Assembly: GCF_036588685.1 (NCBI RefSeq) | Contig: NC_086373.1 | Span: 76,260,001 to 76,324,000, forward strand | Reading direction: 5' to 3' | DNA length: 64,000 nucleotides | Origin: Mytilus trossulus | Taxonomy: Eukaryota | Shown here: positions 62,464 to 64,000 of the stretch, in pieces | Numbering within the stretch: position 1 is the stretch's first letter | Layout: every line of letters begins with the position of its first letter | Program-made: the position numbers and the translations under genes | Notes under the pieces: generated by a model | Databases searched by the model: none | What the model was told of the DNA's origin: nothing | The model's input: only the letters and a program-made list of their open reading frames with translations

Positions 62464-64000
62464 TGATAACCATCGTTTTTTACTACCTTCATGGCAAATA
62501 TATTGTTTATTTCCAACATAATAAAACACAAAAAAAACCAACATGGAATTTAACCAAAGATGGAGAACAGGGTCTTCTTTTATTTATTGGATACCTAAAT
62601 TTCATAAGTGCCAGTATAAACAACGATACATTAAATCATAATGCTAAGTCTTCCAAGTATACTCGAAACCAAACATCTTTCTGAATTATTAACATCAAGT
62701 GTAGCAAAAAACAGCTGGGCGGTTTGAATTGATTGTAGATACTTAAAAATACAAAGATCTCCCAGATTTCATACCAACTAACTCCCTTTCCTCTTGCAAT
62801 ATAGTATTAAGACAACGACTTTTCTACTATTTACAAAGGTATTTGCCATTCCAAACTCAAATACAAGAATTAACCCTGCTATATTTTCATGCTGCATTTC
62901 TTGATTGATAAGATATTTGTTACAAGATATTATAATCGAACTGTAAATAAAGGATGCGCCAGATACATATGTGGTGCATGATCTGCGTACCGTTCTGGAT
63001 CACACGAGACCACCCCCAGTTTTTTCGTGCTAGTTTATAGTTAACCCTGATGTGTTGTGTAAACTATTGTTTATCTTTTATTTTATTTTTGCATTGACAT
63101 CGTCATTTCTTTTTCGGCGTATGAGTTTGAAGAGGCTTTGAATGTCCCTATGGTATCTTTTGTCTCTCTTTTACCTTCAGATGAAAGTTTCAAACTGTAA
63201 ACCGAAAAATGACTACAAGATAATATCTATTAAATGTTAACGGGGCCAAAATTGCCAGTCCGCTTCTTGTAGAAGAAAGAAACTAGATTAATGTCAAAAG
63301 ATATTGTGTGTCAAAAAATACAAAAATGCCTTACAAGTGTTGCTTATATTAGACGAAAATTAACACTTTACCTGTGAAGGCTAATGTAATATTAAAACTT
63401 ACTTCGGAGAAATGTTTCCGTGTCAACTTGTAAAGAAGTTCAGCAAAATGTAATAATATTAATACTAGACAATATTATACATCATGTACATAGAGATATA
63501 AATCATAAGATCGAGTATCAATAATTCACCATTTTAATGAATTTTATGAGGGTAGCATACTCAATTTGCATGAATCTAACTGTCAGATTACAAAAATCAA
63601 GGATTTGTAAAGTAAAATCCTTGCAAAAATGCAGCTGGTCTTTGAGTTGAAGCTTTTAACAACCTTTAAAACCTCTCTTAATATAAAACTATCATTATAT
63701 AACCCTTTAGCTTTGGAATATCACTTGCAGTGGCGGATCCGGAAGGGGGGTCCAGGGGTTGGAACCCCTTTTTTTTGGGAAGATCTATGCATTTAAATGG
63801 GAGCATATAGTTGGAACCTCTGCTTTACTCTGAGTTGGGACCCCCTTTTTAAAATGGCTAGATCTGCCCCTAACTTAAAAAGCAGACCTTTTTTGACAAT
63901 ATTAGAATTTGTTATACAGTTCTTTTTTTTTCAGTTTGAAAAATATGCCACTTGCAGGTTTTTTTCATGCATACATATGAGAGTCATAATGGTGGCGGTA

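Noticed and set aside
1-64000. tRNA, rRNA or snRNA genes
   Set aside because: None recognised by eye; a tRNAscan-SE/Infernal run is needed to exclude them and intronic snoRNAs.

Overview
AT-rich, intron-rich animal genomic DNA. The repeat landscape suggests a bivalve mollusc such as Mytilus (inference). Six protein-coding loci were assembled by hand from splice sites and translation: (1) the last 21 exons of a UBE3C-type HECT E3 ligase (+, 970-24879; 5' end outside the window); (2) a claudin/PMP22/EMP-family tetraspan gene (-); (3) a NitFhit nitrilase-FHIT fusion gene (+) with two minor-spliceosome (U12) introns, one GT-AG and one AT-AC; (4) a SETMAR-like SET methyltransferase lacking a transposase domain (-); (5,6) two head-to-head ARHGAP19-like RhoGAP paralogs, each with one large coding exon. 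Introns and intergenic DNA carry Helentron-associated (HINE-like) elements with internal ~167-bp or ~500-bp arrays, MITEs, LINE and Penelope-like fragments and degenerate hammerhead-ribozyme repeats. Highlights: a ~3-kb in-frame tandem amplification of a UBE3C exon/intron junction that yields 32 GT donors at the HECT hinge; 33-36-bp palindromes with 7-bp target-site duplications resembling P-element excision footprints; and the two U12 introns of NitFhit. Coordinates were counted manually and may be off by a few bases, especially for repeats.
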